64,000 nt of DNA from Pristiophorus japonicus (Eukaryota), in assembly GCF_044704955.1 (NCBI RefSeq), contig NC_091997.1, positions 86,800,001-86,864,000 of the forward strand, read 5' to 3'. The translations under genes were made by a program, and so were the position numbers. Positions 1-12,137 of the stretch are shown here, in pieces (within the stretch, counting starts at the first letter, position 1; the number at the start of each line of letters is the position of its first letter). The notes under the pieces were generated by a model. That model was not told where the DNA came from. It made no database searches and worked only from the letters and a program-made list of their open reading frames with translations.

Positions 1-270
1 CTGATTTATTTTTCTTTTTTAGGTATTTATCCAATTCCTTTTTGAAAGTTATTATTGAATCTGCTCCCACCCCCGCGCCCCCCCCCCCTCCCCTATCAGG
101 CAGCGCGTTCCCGATCAGAACAACTTACTTGTTGGCCTGTGGGGTTCCCTGCCGTGGAGAGTTGTTGATGCCCATTCATTGGATGTGTTCGGGAGGGAGT
201 TGGATGTGGTCCTTGTGGCTGGGGGGGTCGGGGTGTGGAGAGGGCGTGGGGGGGGGGAGGTGCTGGGGTG

Positions 271-361
271 GGTGATCAGCCACGATCTTGTTGAATGGCG
301 GTGCAGGCTCGAAGGGCCGAATGGCCTACTCCTGCACCTATTTTTTATGTTTCTATGTTTC
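271..361 (+). mobile_element. CR1 LINE 3' UTR/tail fragment
   Basis: GATCAGCC..GAATGGCGGTGCAGGCTCGAAGGGCCGAATGGCCTACTCCTGCACC followed by (TTCTATGT)n, the same tail as the long CR1 copies in this window. Confidence 0.85.
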
Positions 362-377
362 TTAAATAACTTTTCCT

Positions 378-590
378 CAAGTCACCTCTGGTTCTTTTGC
401 TAATTACCGAAAATCTGTGTCCTCTGGTTGCCAACCCTTCGAACTGGAAACAGTGTCTCCTTATTTACTCTATCAAAACCGTTCATGATTGTCAAACCCT
501 CCACCAATTCTCCCCTTAACCTTCTCTGCTCTCAAGAAAACAGCCCCAGTTTCTCTAGTCTCGCCACAGAACTGAAGTCCCTCATCCCTG
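378..590 (-). mobile_element. CR1 LINE ORF2 3' fragment
   Basis: Reverse strand resembles the CR1 ORF2 C-terminal region (LGLFS..RRLRG); cut by the SINE at 591. Confidence 0.7.
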
Positions 591-1055
591 AAAGAAAAGA
601 CTTGCATTTATATAGCGCCTTTCATTATCTCAGGACGTCCCAAAGTCTTTTACAGCCGATGAAGTACTTTTGGAGTGTAGTCACTGTTGTAATGTGGGAA
701 ATGCGGCAGCCAACTTGTGCACAGCAAGCTCCCACAAACAGCAATGTGATAATGACCAGATAATCTGTTTTTGTTATATTGATTGAGGGATAAATATTGG
801 CCCCAGGACACCGGGGATAACTCCCCTGCTCTTCTTTGAAATAGTGCCATGGGATCTTTTATGTCCACCTGAGAGAGCAGACGGGGCCTCGGTTTATCGT
901 CTCATCTGAAAAACAGTACCTCCGACAGTGCGGCATTCCCTCAGCACTGGAGCGTCAGCTGAGATGTTTATGCTCAAGTCTCTGGAGTGGGACTAGAACC
1001 CACAGCCTTCGGACTCAGAGGCGAGAGTGCTGCCCACCAAATCACAGCCGACACT
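591..1055 (-). mobile_element. tRNA-derived SINE, DeuSINE/SacSINE1-like, full length
   Basis: tRNA-like head with B-box GGTTCTAGTCCC, central AAAGATCCCATGGCAC domain, and a 3' tail AAGGCGCTATATAAATGCAAG shared with L2 tails; several copies in the window. Confidence 0.8.
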
Positions 1056-1246
1056 GTGCCACTCGAGCAAATGCCCTCTGCAGCCTTTCCAAGGCCTTGG
1101 CATCCTTCTGAAAGTGCGGTGGCCAGAATTGAACACCGTGCTCCAACCGAGGCCGAACCAGAACTAAATGGTTTAGCTGTACTCTCTGCCTTTATTTACA
1201 AAGCCAAATAGAGCCTCATTGCCAGGTTGTGACTGTCCAAGGAGCC

Positions 1247-1533
1247 TCCCCACCGACACCTGGGAGTCCCTGACCGCCCTAAATGGAGGAAGTGCATCCG
1301 GGAGGGTGCTGAGCACCTCGAGTCTCATCGCCGAGAGCATGCAAAAACCAAGCGCAGGCAGCGGAAGGAGCATACGGCAAACCAGACTCCCCACCCACCC
1401 TTTCCCTCAACGACTATCTGTCCCACCTGTGACAGGGACTGTGGTTCTCGTATTGGACCGTTCAGCCACCTAAGGACTCATTTTAAGAGTGGAAGCAAGT
1501 CTTCCTCGATTCCGAGGGACTGCCTATGATGAT
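1247..1533 (+). mobile_element. RTE LINE 3' end
   Basis: PTDTWESL..CPTCDR zinc-finger region, GGAAGCAAGTCTTCCTCGATTCCGAGGGACTGCC and a (TGA)n tail. Confidence 0.85.
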
Positions 1534-2224
1534 GGCTGTCCAGGAATTGGCTGCAGACAGCTTTTGTCTCACTTACAGCTTTCAGACCACAGCTATTTAC
1601 CATACACTCGCGTTACCTACAAATCCCCATCAAGTAAATATATGGCTCCTCATTATCTTCGCATTAATCTTCATTGCGTTCCTTGGATGTTTGACAGGAA
1701 ACAGTTCACCAGCTAACAGGGTGAGCCACTGAGTCTTAAATCATGTGACTGATAGGCTTTCCTTGGAAGAAGCCCTTAGGCAAACTGACCTACAGCCCAA
1801 GGATAGCCGAGGGTTCCGGGAGTAATTAGTTGTACCCAGGTGGCGATTCAGGAGTATCCCCGTAATGTCGTGTTGTGCGTAATGTCGGAGGGGCTTTCGC
1901 TCGCTCAATGTGCAGATGGAATGTGGCCATTACATTAATAAAGTTGACACCGGATCAATACCCGAGTGTACAGTGCTAAAGGAGATAACTTCAAGGAAAT
2001 GAGGGAAGAGCTTTAAAAAACCCATCTGGGGAATGAAAGACTGAGTTGAGGACAAATGAAATAACTTTCAGGACATTGTACTGAGCCGGAATGCACAAAC
2101 ACTGCCTAAACACATTAACAAGACAATACAAGATGAAACTAGACAAACAAGCAAAGCAATTGAATAGCGGAGAAGTTATGTTCAACACATATTGATTCTT
2201 GGTTACATCACAACATGTTCTTCA

Positions 2225-3100
2225 TATTATAGAAAGGATTATAGAGGCACTGGAGAAAGTGCAATAAAGATTTACAAGGATGATACCAGAACCGCTCCAG
2301 TGCAGTGCTGAGGGAGTGCCGCACTGTCGGAGGTGCCGTCTTTCAGATGAGACGTTAAACCGAGGCCCCGTCTGCTCTCTCAGGTTGATGTAAAAGATCC
2401 CATGGCACTATTTTGAAGAAGAGCAGGGGAGTTATCCCCGGTGTCCTGGGCCAATATTTATCTCTCAATCAACATGACAAAAACAGATTATCTGGTCATT
2501 ATCACATTGCTGTGTGTGGGAGCTTGCTGTGCACAAATTGGCTGCTGCGTTTCCCACATTACAATAGTGACTACACTCCAAAAGTAATTCATTAGCTGTA
2601 AAGCGCTTTGAGACGTCCGGTGGTCATGAAAGGCGCTATATAAATGCAAGTCTTTTTCTTTAACTGAGAAGCTTTAACTATCAGAAAAGATTGAGCAGGC
2701 TGGGGCTCTTTACTCTAGAAAAGAGAAGGCTGAGGGGTGATCTGATAGAGGTCTATAAAATTATGAAGGGGTTCGATAGGGTAGTTTTAAGGAAAATGTC
2801 TCCATTTGTGGGAGAGACCAGAACTAAGGGCCATAAATATAAGATAGTCATTAATAAATCCAATGGGGAATTGAGGAGGAACTTCTTTACCCAGGGAGTG
2901 GTGAGAATGTGGAACTCAGTACCACCTGGCATAGTTGAGGCGAATAACATAGATGCATTTAAGGGGAAGCTAGATAAACATATGAGGGAGAAATGAATAG
3001 AATAATTGGTGGATAGAGTTAGATGACATAGGGTGGGAGGAGGCTCATGTCGAGCATAATCACCAGCATGGACCTGTTGGGCCAAATAGCCTGGTGCTGT
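2225..3100 (+). mobile_element. CR1 LINE 3' fragment interrupted by a SINE
   Basis: ORF 2691-2996 (RLGLFTLEKRRLRGDLIEVYKI..WNS) is a CR1 ORF2 C-terminus; sequence is collinear across the SINE. Confidence 0.8.
2292..2660 (+). mobile_element. DeuSINE-like SINE, 5' truncated
   Basis: Reverse-complement match to 591-950. Confidence 0.8.
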
Positions 3101-3103
3101 GGT

Positions 3104-4143
3104 ATCATCATATCATCATAGGCAGTCCCTCGGAATCGAGGAAGACTTGCTTCCACTCTAAAGTGACTTCTCAGGTGACTGTACAGTCGAGACGCGAGGT
3201 GCTCAGCGCCCTCCCGGATGCTCTTCCTCCATTTTGGATGATGTTGGGCCAGGGATTCCCAGGTGTCGGTGGGGATGCTGCACTTTATCAAGGAGGCTTT
3301 GAGGGTGTCCTTGAAACGTTTGCTCTGCCCACCTGGGGCTCGCTTGCTGTGTAGGAGTTCCGAGTAGAGCGCTTGCTTTGGGCGTCTCGTGTCGGGCATG
3401 CAGACGATGTGGCCCGCACGGAGCTGGTCGAGTGCGGTCAGTGCTTTGATGCTGGGGATGTTGGCCTGGGCAAGGACACTGACTTTGGTGCGTCTGTCCT
3501 CCAAGTGGATTTGCAGGATCTTGCCGAGGCAACGTTGGTGGTAATTTTCCAGTGCTTTGAGATGTCTGCTGTATATAGTCCACATCTCTGAGCCATACAG
3601 GAGGGCGGGTATCACTACTGCCCTGTAGACCATAAGCTTGATGTCAGATTTGAGGTTCTGACACACTGCGCTGGCACATTGGGAGCGGTGTTGGACCTCG
3701 TCATCGATGTCTGCCCTTGCTGATAGTAGGCTCCCGAGGTATGGAAAATGGTCCACGTTGTCCAAGGCCGCACTGTGGATTTTAATAACCGAGGGTGGGG
3801 GGGGGGGCAGGGTAATACTGTGTGGTGGGGCCAGGTTGGTGGAGGACCTTTGTCTTACGGATGTTTAGCGTAAGGGCCATGCTTTCATATGCCTCAGTCA
3901 AGCAGGGCTGCGCCATTGCACCAATGCTCTTCTCGATCTCCCTCGCTGCAATGCTCCATCTCACACTCAACAAGCTCCCCGCTGGAATGGAACTAAACTA
4001 TAGAACCAATGGGAACCTGTGTAACCTTTGCCACCTCCAGACTAGCTCCAAGGTCGTCTCATCTTCTAGTCATCGAACTACAGTACGCGGACGACGCTTA
4101 CGTCTGCACACAGTCAGAGGCTGAACTCCAAGCCATCGTCAAC
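3104..4143 (-). mobile_element. RTE LINE 3' portion with inverted 5' segment
   Basis: Minus strand runs from TEAYESM..DHFPYLGS to an (ATC)n tail at 3104; plus-strand 3897-4143 encodes the immediately upstream RT segment VKQGC..QYADD..IVN. Confidence 0.85.
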
Positions 4144-4161
4144 AGTTCTGGGGTGTACATC

Positions 4162-4565
4162 GGGTACGGTAGCATAGTGGTTCTGTCACTGGATTAGTAC
4201 TCCAGAGTCCTGGACTAATGATCCAGGGACATGAGTTCAAATCCCACCATGGCAGCTGGGGAATTTAAATTCAGTTATTAATAAATCTGGAATAAAAAGC
4301 TGGCATTAGTAATGCTGACCATGCACCTACTGGATTGTTGTTAAAGCCCATCTGGTTCACTAATGCCCTTCAGGGAAGGAACTCTCTGCTGTCCTTCCCC
4401 GGTCTGGCCAATGTGTGACTCCAGACCCCAGCAATGTGGTTGACTCTTAACTGCCCTCTGAAATGGCCCAGCGAGACACTCAGTTGTGTAAGGTGGCCGT
4501 CATCTCAAGAGCAAGTAGGGACTAGTTGCCGTTGACGCCCACATCCCAGGAACGAACAAATAAAA
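4162..4565 (+). mobile_element. Second tRNA-derived SINE family
   Basis: A-box TAGCATAGTGG and B-box GAGTTCAAATCCC; 3' tail resembles the LINE 3' end at 49200-49295. Confidence 0.75.
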
Positions 4566-4761
4566 CATAAAAATGTTGTGCAAAAAACAAGCTCCGCAAA
4601 GCTCGTAGGAAGAAAGGCGAGGAGGGCGAGGGGGAAGAATTCAAAAAATGTTAAAGATGATAGTCAAAGAGGCACGAAATATAAAAGCCGACACAAGTAA
4701 TTATTCTAACAGCAAGAGGTTTGTCAAAGGGGGTGGGTGGTTTTTGTGCGGCGTCAAAATA

Positions 4762-5340
4762 AGGGCCGAAATCTACAAAATGCTGATAGCAAACATGGGG
4801 GAGATTTTCGGTGGTTTTCTCGGCGAAAGTTTCCTCCCTTACTTTTTAAATGGAACCGCCCAAATCTCGAAACGTCCGCCGGGTAGCACACCGCCACCGA
4901 GAGATTTGCCAGGCCGTAAGTTTGGCCCCAACGCAAGCCCGTCCAGGTCGTCATGGGAACCTCCCGGTGAAAGCTGCTTAAACAGGGCGGTAGGTGAGTA
5001 CTCTGTAAAGGAAGGTAAATTAAAGGTCCTTTATTTATATTTAAATTGTAAAGCAGCGGTTAGGTGTAAAACTATCTTGAGATAGTTTTTTTTTAGTGAA
5101 ATTTTTTAAAAGGTTTTCCCCCCCCTCCCTGGGCCCAACCATAGCCTCGGAGTAAATTTAAAAATAACATTTTAAGAAACGCCCGTTTCACCTAGTTTTG
5201 CCTTTAACTGCTGATAAACCGCCGAGAATTCTGGTGCAAGATCCATTTTCTCGCCAGGCAAAATTCTTACCTTTATTATGAGAATTTTTACCAGCGATAG
5301 TTGCAAACTGTTAGCGATGCTTCTGGGCGGCAATCGAGCG
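4762..5340. mobile_element. Non-autonomous DNA transposon (MITE-like) remnant
   Basis: Begins GGGCCGAAAT like the TIRs at 13673 and 61541; CpG-rich arms around an AT-rich centre containing GAAGGTAA; right TIR not found. Confidence 0.45.
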
Positions 5341-5568
5341 GTGAGGGGCTGTCGGGAAAGTCTAGCTAGTCCATTCTGCTGCTTACCACACCACTGGTAT
5401 AGAGGTGCTGGCATCCGTTGTCAGATTAGTCAGGGCTCAAAGTTATACCAGTCGGGGCACTCATGACCAGCTAATCACTTCATTCATGTTTAACATGAAA
5501 AGCCACATCACAAACAGAATGCAGGCCCTTGGTTAAATCTGGAGTGGCAAGGAATCGGCTGGTGAGTG

Positions 5569-6836
5569 GGGGCAATGATTACTCACTAGGGGAGGGGCAA
5601 TGATTACCCATTGGGGAAGGGGGCAATGATTACCCATTGGGGGAAGGGCAATGATTACCCATTGGGGAAGGGGGCAATGATTACCCGTTGGGGGAGGGGC
5701 AATGATTACCCATTGGGGAAGGGGGCAATGATTACCCATTGGGGGAGGGGCAATGATTACCCATTGGGGAAGGGGGCAATGATTACCCATTGGGGGAGAG
5801 GCAATTATTACCCGTTGGGGAAGGGGGCAATGATTACCCGTTGGGGGAGGGGCAATGATTACCCATTGGGGAAGGGGGCAATGATTACCCGTTGGGGGAG
5901 GGGCAATGATTACCCATTGGGGAAGGGGGCAATGATTACCCATTGGGGGAGGGGCAATGATTACCCATTGGGAAAGGGGGCAATGATTACCCGTTGGGGG
6001 AGAGGCAATTATTACCCGTTGGGGAAGGGGGCAATCATTACCCATGGGGAAGGGGGCAATCATAACCCGTTGGGGGATGGGCAATGATTACCCACTAGGG
6101 GAGGGGCAATGATTCCCACTGGGGGAGGGGCAATGATTCCCACTGGGGGAGGGGCAATGATTCCCCACTGGGGGAGGGGCAATGATTACCCACTGGGGGA
6201 GGGGTAATGATTACCCATTGGGGAAGGGGGCAATGATTACCCATTGGGAGAGGGGCAATGATTACCCATTGGGGAAAGGGGCAATGATTACCCGTTGGAG
6301 GAGAGGCAATTATTACCCGTTGGGGAAGGGGGCAATCATTATCCATGGGGAAGGGGGCAATCATTACCCGTTGGGGGATGGGCAATGATTCCCCACTGGG
6401 GGAGGGGCAATGATTCCCCACTGGGGGAGGGGCAATGATTCCCACTGGGGGAGGGGCAATGATTCCCCACTGCGGGAGGGACAATGATTACCCACTGGGG
6501 GAGGGGTAATGATTACCCACTGGGGGAGGGGCAATGATTACCCACTGGGGGAGGGGCAATGATTACCCACTGGGGGAGGGGCAATGATTATCCACTGGGG
6601 GAGGGGCAGTGATTCCCCACTGGGTGAGGGGGCAATGATTACCCATTGGGGAGGGGCAATGATTACCCACTGGGGGGGGCAATGATTCCCCACTGGGGGA
6701 GGGGCAATGATTACCCACTAGGGAGAGGCAGTGATTCCTCACTGGGTGAGAGGGCAATGATTACCCATTGGGGAGGGGCTGTGATTACCAGTTGGGAGAG
6801 GGGCAATGATTCCCCACTGGGGATTACCCGTTGGGG
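5569..6836. repeat. Minisatellite, 25-26 bp unit GGGGCAATGATTACCCATTGGGGA(A/G)
   Basis: Direct tandem array; a 25+26 bp dimer gives the 17-aa periodic ORFs. Confidence 0.95.
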
Positions 6837-6844
6837 GTTACCCT

Positions 6845-8130
6845 GGCGTACAAGCAGGATGATAAGACAGGACATGCTGCGAATACTCAGCAGGTTATGC
6901 AACATCCCTGGAGAGACAAACAGAGTTCACAGCTCGGGTCAAGATGCTGCTGGATCAAGTATTTTCCAGCATTTTATGCTGTCATTTCACACTTACAGCA
7001 TCCGCTTGCAGAGGGAAGAGAAAGACACAGAAGAGGAGGATTCAGAGGGAAAGATGTATCACAGAGAGCCACTTTGTGGCCGGGACATCCAGGATGGAAT
7101 CATTTACCTGCGGTCCCAATGAACACAACCCCAATTCTCCTTTCAACATTAGTCCCACACCTTCCCTTCCCTCTGTTACTGACCATCGCAGCGTCCTCTT
7201 GGCGTGAATGCTGAAATAAAAGCCACCGCAAAGCAAACGTTCCAATCCATCTATATACATCTATCCATCCAATGTGACATCAATCAACTCATCACCCTCC
7301 TCGTGACTGTCTGGTGTGTGCCTTTGCCTAGCCTGCTGATGTCACGCAGTGCTACCCCAGTGGCTGCAGCGAGGCTGCTGGAAGGCTGCTGACTTTCAGT
7401 GGGGGGACACTGCAGATGGCCTTGCTGGTCGACCTTGAGGAGCTGGTGACTGGGAGTGTGAAATCAATCATCTTGTTCTTCTTCAGTCTCCTCTCTCTCT
7501 TCTTGTTGACCCACTGACTGGGCAAGCTGCTTTTCTTAGGTGTGTGAAATGAGGAAGGCACAAGGGCGGATTGAGGTGACATGAGGGTGGGGTAGGGGGG
7601 GTGGGAAAGAAAGTGGTGTATGCGAGAAGGAGGGTAACGTATGAGGATACCGGCATCTTGTATCCTTTTAGCCCCACCGCTGGCTAAGGGCCCAGCCTTG
7701 CCCCTGCCAAGAATGACCAGCATCGTCTCCTTCAATGGGGTGAGGAATGGGAGATGTGCCTCGTGATTGGTGCAGATTGTTGGTAGGTGAGTGATTGGGG
7801 GTCTTACATTGAGCAGTGTGTGATGCTAGTACTGCAGTTGGTGGGAGACGACTTTTGACGATGCATTCACTGACCTTGAGGTCATGAAGCCTCTTTGGAC
7901 ACTGACGCCAGGTGGTGGGGACAACACTGCCGGCAGTGACAGCCTCGGTGATGTACTCCCACACCCTTCTCTCTGGAGGGCATCCTGGCCCCCTGTGGGG
8001 AGAGGGCCATTCTTGCAGTGTTGTACCCCTGCACAAAGCTGGAGTACTGCGTGCGAGATCCTGGGTGCCCCCTCCCTGGCTTGCTGAGCCAATTGTGTTA
8101 GTGCTGAGGAACTTTTCCCATTTTTTGAGA
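6845..8130 (-). mobile_element. Decayed PIF/Harbinger element, Myb/SANT gene remnant
   Basis: Minus strand RRVWEYITEAVTAGSVVPTTWRQCPKRLHDLK resembles the Myb/SANT-like W..I...V......RT..QC.K...DL motif, followed by a GTCAGT donor; an acidic tail on the plus strand near 7010-7050 may be the convergent transposase end. Confidence 0.55.
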
Positions 8131-8144
8131 TGAGAAAGCGAATT

Positions 8145-8430
8145 CGTCCGTCTCTGCTCCTGCCTCAGCTCATCCACTGCTGAAGCCCTCATCCATACCT
8201 TTGTTACCTCTAGATTTAACTATTCCAATGCACTCCTGGCTGGCCTCCCACATTCTACCCTATGTAAACTTGAGGGCATCCAAAGCAGCCCGTGTCCTAA
8301 CTCGCACCAAGTCCCGCTCACCCATCACCCCTGTGTTCATTGACCTACATCGGCTCCCGGTAAAGCAACGCCTCGATTTCAAAATTCTCCTCTTTGTTTT
8401 CAAATCCCTCCATGGCCTCGCCCCTCCCAA
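8145..8430 (+). mobile_element. L2 LINE ORF2 fragment
   Basis: AEALIHTFVTSR.NYSNALLAG..ARVLTRTKSRSPITPV..LH.LPVKQR.DFK. Confidence 0.8.
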
Positions 8431-8436
8431 TCCGAC

Positions 8437-8911
8437 AGGCGGGATGTATAATGAGCGGGGTGTATAATAGGCAGGTGTATAACGGCGGGTGTATAACGGG
8501 TGGGTGTATAACGGTGGGGTGTATAATGGGTGGGGTGTATAACTGGTGGATGTATAACGGGCGGGGTGTATAACGACGGGGTGTATAATGGGCAGTTGTG
8601 TATAACATGCGGGTGTATAACGGGCGGGTGTATAATGGGCGGGGTGTATAACGGTCAGGTTGTATAACAGGCGGGGTGTATAATGGGTGGTGTGAATAAA
8701 GGCAGGGTGTATAATGGGCGGGGTGTATAACGGGCAGGGTGTATAACAGGCGGGGTGTATAATGGGTGGTGTGAATAAAGGGGGGGTGTATAATGGACGG
8801 GGTGTATAACGGGCAGGGTGTATAACAGGCGGGGTGTATAACATAACGGGCGGGGTGTATAACATAACGGGCGGGGTGTATAAGGGCGGGGTGTATAAGG
8901 GCGGGTGTATC
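8437..8911. repeat. Minisatellite, ~16 bp unit GGGCGGGGTGTATAAC
   Basis: Direct tandem array. Confidence 0.95.
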
Positions 8912-9153
8912 TACTATCGGCAGGTTGCACCGAAGTTGAAAATTACGCCCAGATAAAATATTTCTTTCTTTGCAGAACTCTAAGAAAATCAGCGCACGCT
9001 GATATCCATGACTTGGGGTAGTAGGTCTGGGATATCTGACTCTGACTGCTTTACATAGAAACATAGAAACATAGAAAATAGGTGCAGGAGTAGGCCATTC
9101 GGCCCTTCTAGCCTGCACCGCCATTCAATGAGTTCATGGCTGAACATGCAACT

Positions 9154-12060
9154 TCAGTACCCCATTCCTGCTTTCTCACCATACCCCTTGATTCCCCTAG
9201 TAGTAAGGACTTCATCTAACTCCTTTTTGAATATATTTAGTGAATTGGCCTCAACAACTTTCTGTGGTAGAGAATTCCACAGGTTCACCACTCTCTGGGT
9301 GAAGAAATTCCTCCTCATCTCGGTCCTAAATGGCTTCCCCCTTATCCTTAGACTGTGTCCCCTGGTTCTGGACTTCCCCAACATTGGGAACATTCTTCCT
9401 GCATCGAACCTGTCTAACCCCATCAGAATTTTAAACGTTTCTATGAGATCCCCTCTCATTCTTCTGAACTCCAGTGAATACAAGCCCAGTTGATCCAGTC
9501 TTTCTTGATAGGTCAGTCCCGCCATCCCGGGAATCAGTCTGGTGAATCTTCGCTGCACTCCCTCAATAGCAAGAATGTCCTTCCTCAGGTTAGGAGACCA
9601 AAACTGTACACAATACTCCAGGTGTGGCCTCACCAAGCCCCTGTATAATTGTAGCAACACCTCCCTGCCCCTGTACTCAAATCCCCTCGCTATGAAGGCC
9701 AACATTCCATTTGCTTTCTTAACCGCCTGCTGTGCCTGCATGCCAACCTTCAATGACTGATGTACCATGACACCCAGGTCTCTTTGCACCTCCCCTTTTC
9801 CTAATCTGTCATCATTCAGATAATAGTCTGTCTCTCTGTTTTTACCACCAAAGTGGATAACCTCACATTTATCCACATTATACTTCATCTGCCATGCATT
9901 TGCCCACTCAACTAACCTATCCAAGTCGCTCTGCAGCCTCATAGCATCCTCCTCGCAGCTCACACTGCCACCCAACTTAGTGTCATCCGCAAATTTGGAG
10001 ATACTACATTTAATCCCCTCGTCTAAATCATTAATGTACAGTGTAAACAGCTGGGGCCCCAGCACAGAACCTTTCGGTACCCCACTAGTCACTGCCTGCC
10101 ATTCTGAAAAGTACCCATTTACTCCTACTCTTTGCTTCCTGTCTGACAACCAGTTCTCAATCCATGTCAGCACACTACCCCCAATCCCATGTGCTTTAAC
10201 TTTGCACATTAATCTCTTGTGTGGGACCTTGTCGAAAGCCTTCTGAAAGTCCAAATATATCACATCAACTGGTTCTCCCTTGTCCACTCTACTGGAAACA
10301 TCCTCAAAAAATTCCAGAAGATTTGTCAAGCATGATTTCCCTTTCACAAATCCATGCTGACTTGGACCTATCATATTACCTCTTTCCAAATGCACTGCTA
10401 TGACATCCTTAATAATTGATTCCATCATTTTACCCACTACCGATGTCAGGCTGACCGGTCTATAATTCCCTGTTTTCTCTCTCCCTCCTTTTTTAAAAAG
10501 TGGGGTTACATTGGCTACCCTCCACTCTATAGGAACTGATCCAGAATCAATGGAATGTTGGAAAATGACTGTCAATGCATCCACTATTTCCAAGGCCACC
10601 TCCTTAAGTACTCTGGGATGCAGTCCATCAGGCCCTGGGGATTTATCGGCCTTCAATCCCATCAATTTCCCCAACACAATTTCCCGACTAATAAGGATTT
10701 CCCTCAGTTCCTCCTCCTTACTAGACCCTCCAACCCCTTTTATATCCGGAAGGTTGTTTGTGTCCTCCTCAGTGAATACCGAACCAAAGTACTTGTTCAA
10801 TTGGTCCGCCATTTCTTTGTTCCCCGTTATGACTTCCCCTGATTCTGACTGCAGGGGACCTACGTTTGTCTTTACTAACCTTTTTCTCTTTACATATCTA
10901 TCGAAACTTTTGCAATCCGTCTTAATGTTCCCTGCAAGCTTCTTCTCGTACTCCATTTTCCCTGCCCTAATCAAACCCTTTGTTCTCCTCTGCTGAGTTC
11001 TAAATTTCTCCCAGTCCCCGGGTTCGCTGCTATTTCTGGCCAATTTGTATGCCACTTTCTTGGCTTTAATGCTATCCCTGATTTCCCTTGATAGCCACGG
11101 TTGAGCCACCTTCCCTTTTTTATTTTTACGCCAGATAGGAATGTACAATTGTTGTAGTTCATCCATGCGGTCTCTAAATGTCTGCCATTGCCCATCCACA
11201 GTCAACCCCTTTAGTATCATTCGCCAATCTATCCTAGCCAATTCACGCCTCATACCTTCAAAGTTACCCTTCTTTAAGTTCTGGACCATGGTCTCTGAAT
11301 TAACTGTTTCATTCTCCATCCTAATGCAGAATTCCACCATATTATGGTCACTCTTCCCCAAGGGGCCTTGCACAACGAGATTGCTAATTAATCCTCTCTC
11401 ATTACACAACACCAAGTCTAAGATGGCCTCCCCCCTAGTTGGTTCCTCGACATATTGGTCTAAAAAACCATCCCTTATGCACTCCAGGAAATCCTCCTCC
11501 ACCGTATTGCTTCCAGTTTGGTTAGCCCAATCTATGTGCATATTAAAGTCACCCATTATAACTGCTGCCCCTTTATTGCACGCACCCCTAATTTCATGTT
11601 TGATGCCCTCCCCAACATCACTACTACTGTTTGGAGGTCTGTACACAACTCCCACTAACGTTTTTTGCCCTTTGGTATTCTGCAGCTCTACCCATATAGA
11701 TTCCACATCATCCAAGCTAATGTCCTTCCGAACTATTGCCTTAATTTGCTCCTTAACCAGCAATGCTACCCCACCTCCTTTTCCTTTTATTCTATCTTTC
11801 CTGAATGTTGAATACCCCTGGATGTTGAGTTCCCAGCCCTGATCATCCTGGAGCCACGTCTCCGTAATCCCAATCACATCATATTTGTTAACATCTATTT
11901 GCACAGTTAATTCATCCACCTTATTGCGGATACTCCTTGCATTAAGACACAAAGCCTTCAGGCTTGTTTTTTTAACACCCTTTGTCCTTTTAGAATTTTG
12001 CTGTACAGTGGCCCTTTTTGTTCTTTGCCTTGGGTTTCTCTGCCCTCCACTTTTCCTCAT
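9154..12060 (-). CDS. CR1 ORF2: AP endonuclease and reverse transcriptase, 968 aa, uninterrupted
   Basis: LNARS, GITETW, GDFN and SDH (APE); YLDFQKAFD and FADD (RT); the conserved PQG motif reads PKG in this copy. Confidence 0.93.
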   Translation of the reverse strand: MRKSGGQRNPRQRTKRATVQQNSKRTKGVKKTSLKALCLNARSIRNKVDELTVQIDVNKYDVIGITETWLQDDQGWELNIQGYSTFRKDRIKGKGGGVALLVKEQIKAIVRKDISLDDVESIWVELQNTKGQKTLVGVVYRPPNSSSDVGEGIKHEIRGACNKGAAVIMGDFNMHIDWANQTGSNTVEEDFLECIRDGFLDQYVEEPTRGEAILDLVLCNERGLISNLVVQGPLGKSDHNMVEFCIRMENETVNSETMVQNLKKGNFEGMRRELARIDWRMILKGLTVDGQWQTFRDRMDELQQLYIPIWRKNKKGKVAQPWLSREIRDSIKAKKVAYKLARNSSEPGDWEKFRTQQRRTKGLIRAGKMEYEKKLAGNIKTDCKSFDRYVKRKRLVKTNVGPLQSESGEVITGNKEMADQLNKYFGSVFTEEDTNNLPDIKGVGGSSKEEELREILISREIVLGKLMGLKADKSPGPDGLHPRVLKEVALEIVDALTVIFQHSIDSGSVPIEWRVANVTPLFKKGGREKTGNYRPVSLTSVVGKMMESIIKDVIAVHLERGNMIGPSQHGFVKGKSCLTNLLEFFEDVSSRVDKGEPVDVIYLDFQKAFDKVPHKRLMCKVKAHGIGGSVLTWIENWLSDRKQRVGVNGYFSEWQAVTSGVPKGSVLGPQLFTLYINDLDEGIKCSISKFADDTKLGGSVSCEEDAMRLQSDLDRLVEWANAWQMKYNVDKCEVIHFGGKNRETDYYLNDDRLGKGEVQRDLGVMVHQSLKVGMQAQQAVKKANGMLAFIARGFEYRGREVLLQLYRGLVRPHLEYCVQFWSPNLRKDILAIEGVQRRFTRLIPGMAGLTYQERLDQLGLYSLEFRRMRGDLIETFKILMGLDRFDAGRMFPMLGKSRTRGHSLRIRGKPFRTEMRRNFFTQRVVNLWNSLPQKVVEANSLNIFKKELDEVLTTRGIKGYGEKAGMGY

Positions 12061-12137
12061 CTCCTTTCTGTCTTTTGCTTTTGCCTCCTTTTTGTTTCCC
12101 TCTGTCTCCCTGCATTGGTTCCCATCCCCCTGCCATA

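Noticed and set aside
970-1055. tRNA genes (also at 4162, 38170-38230 and 58497)
   Set aside because: A and B boxes continue into SINE bodies, and no complete cloverleaf is evident.
5533-6840. Periodic ORFs and a CRISPR-like appearance
   Set aside because: Head-to-tail units with no unique spacers and no cas genes in a vertebrate context; the same applies to the arrays at 8.4, 12.7, 21.0, 31.7 and 55-57 kb.
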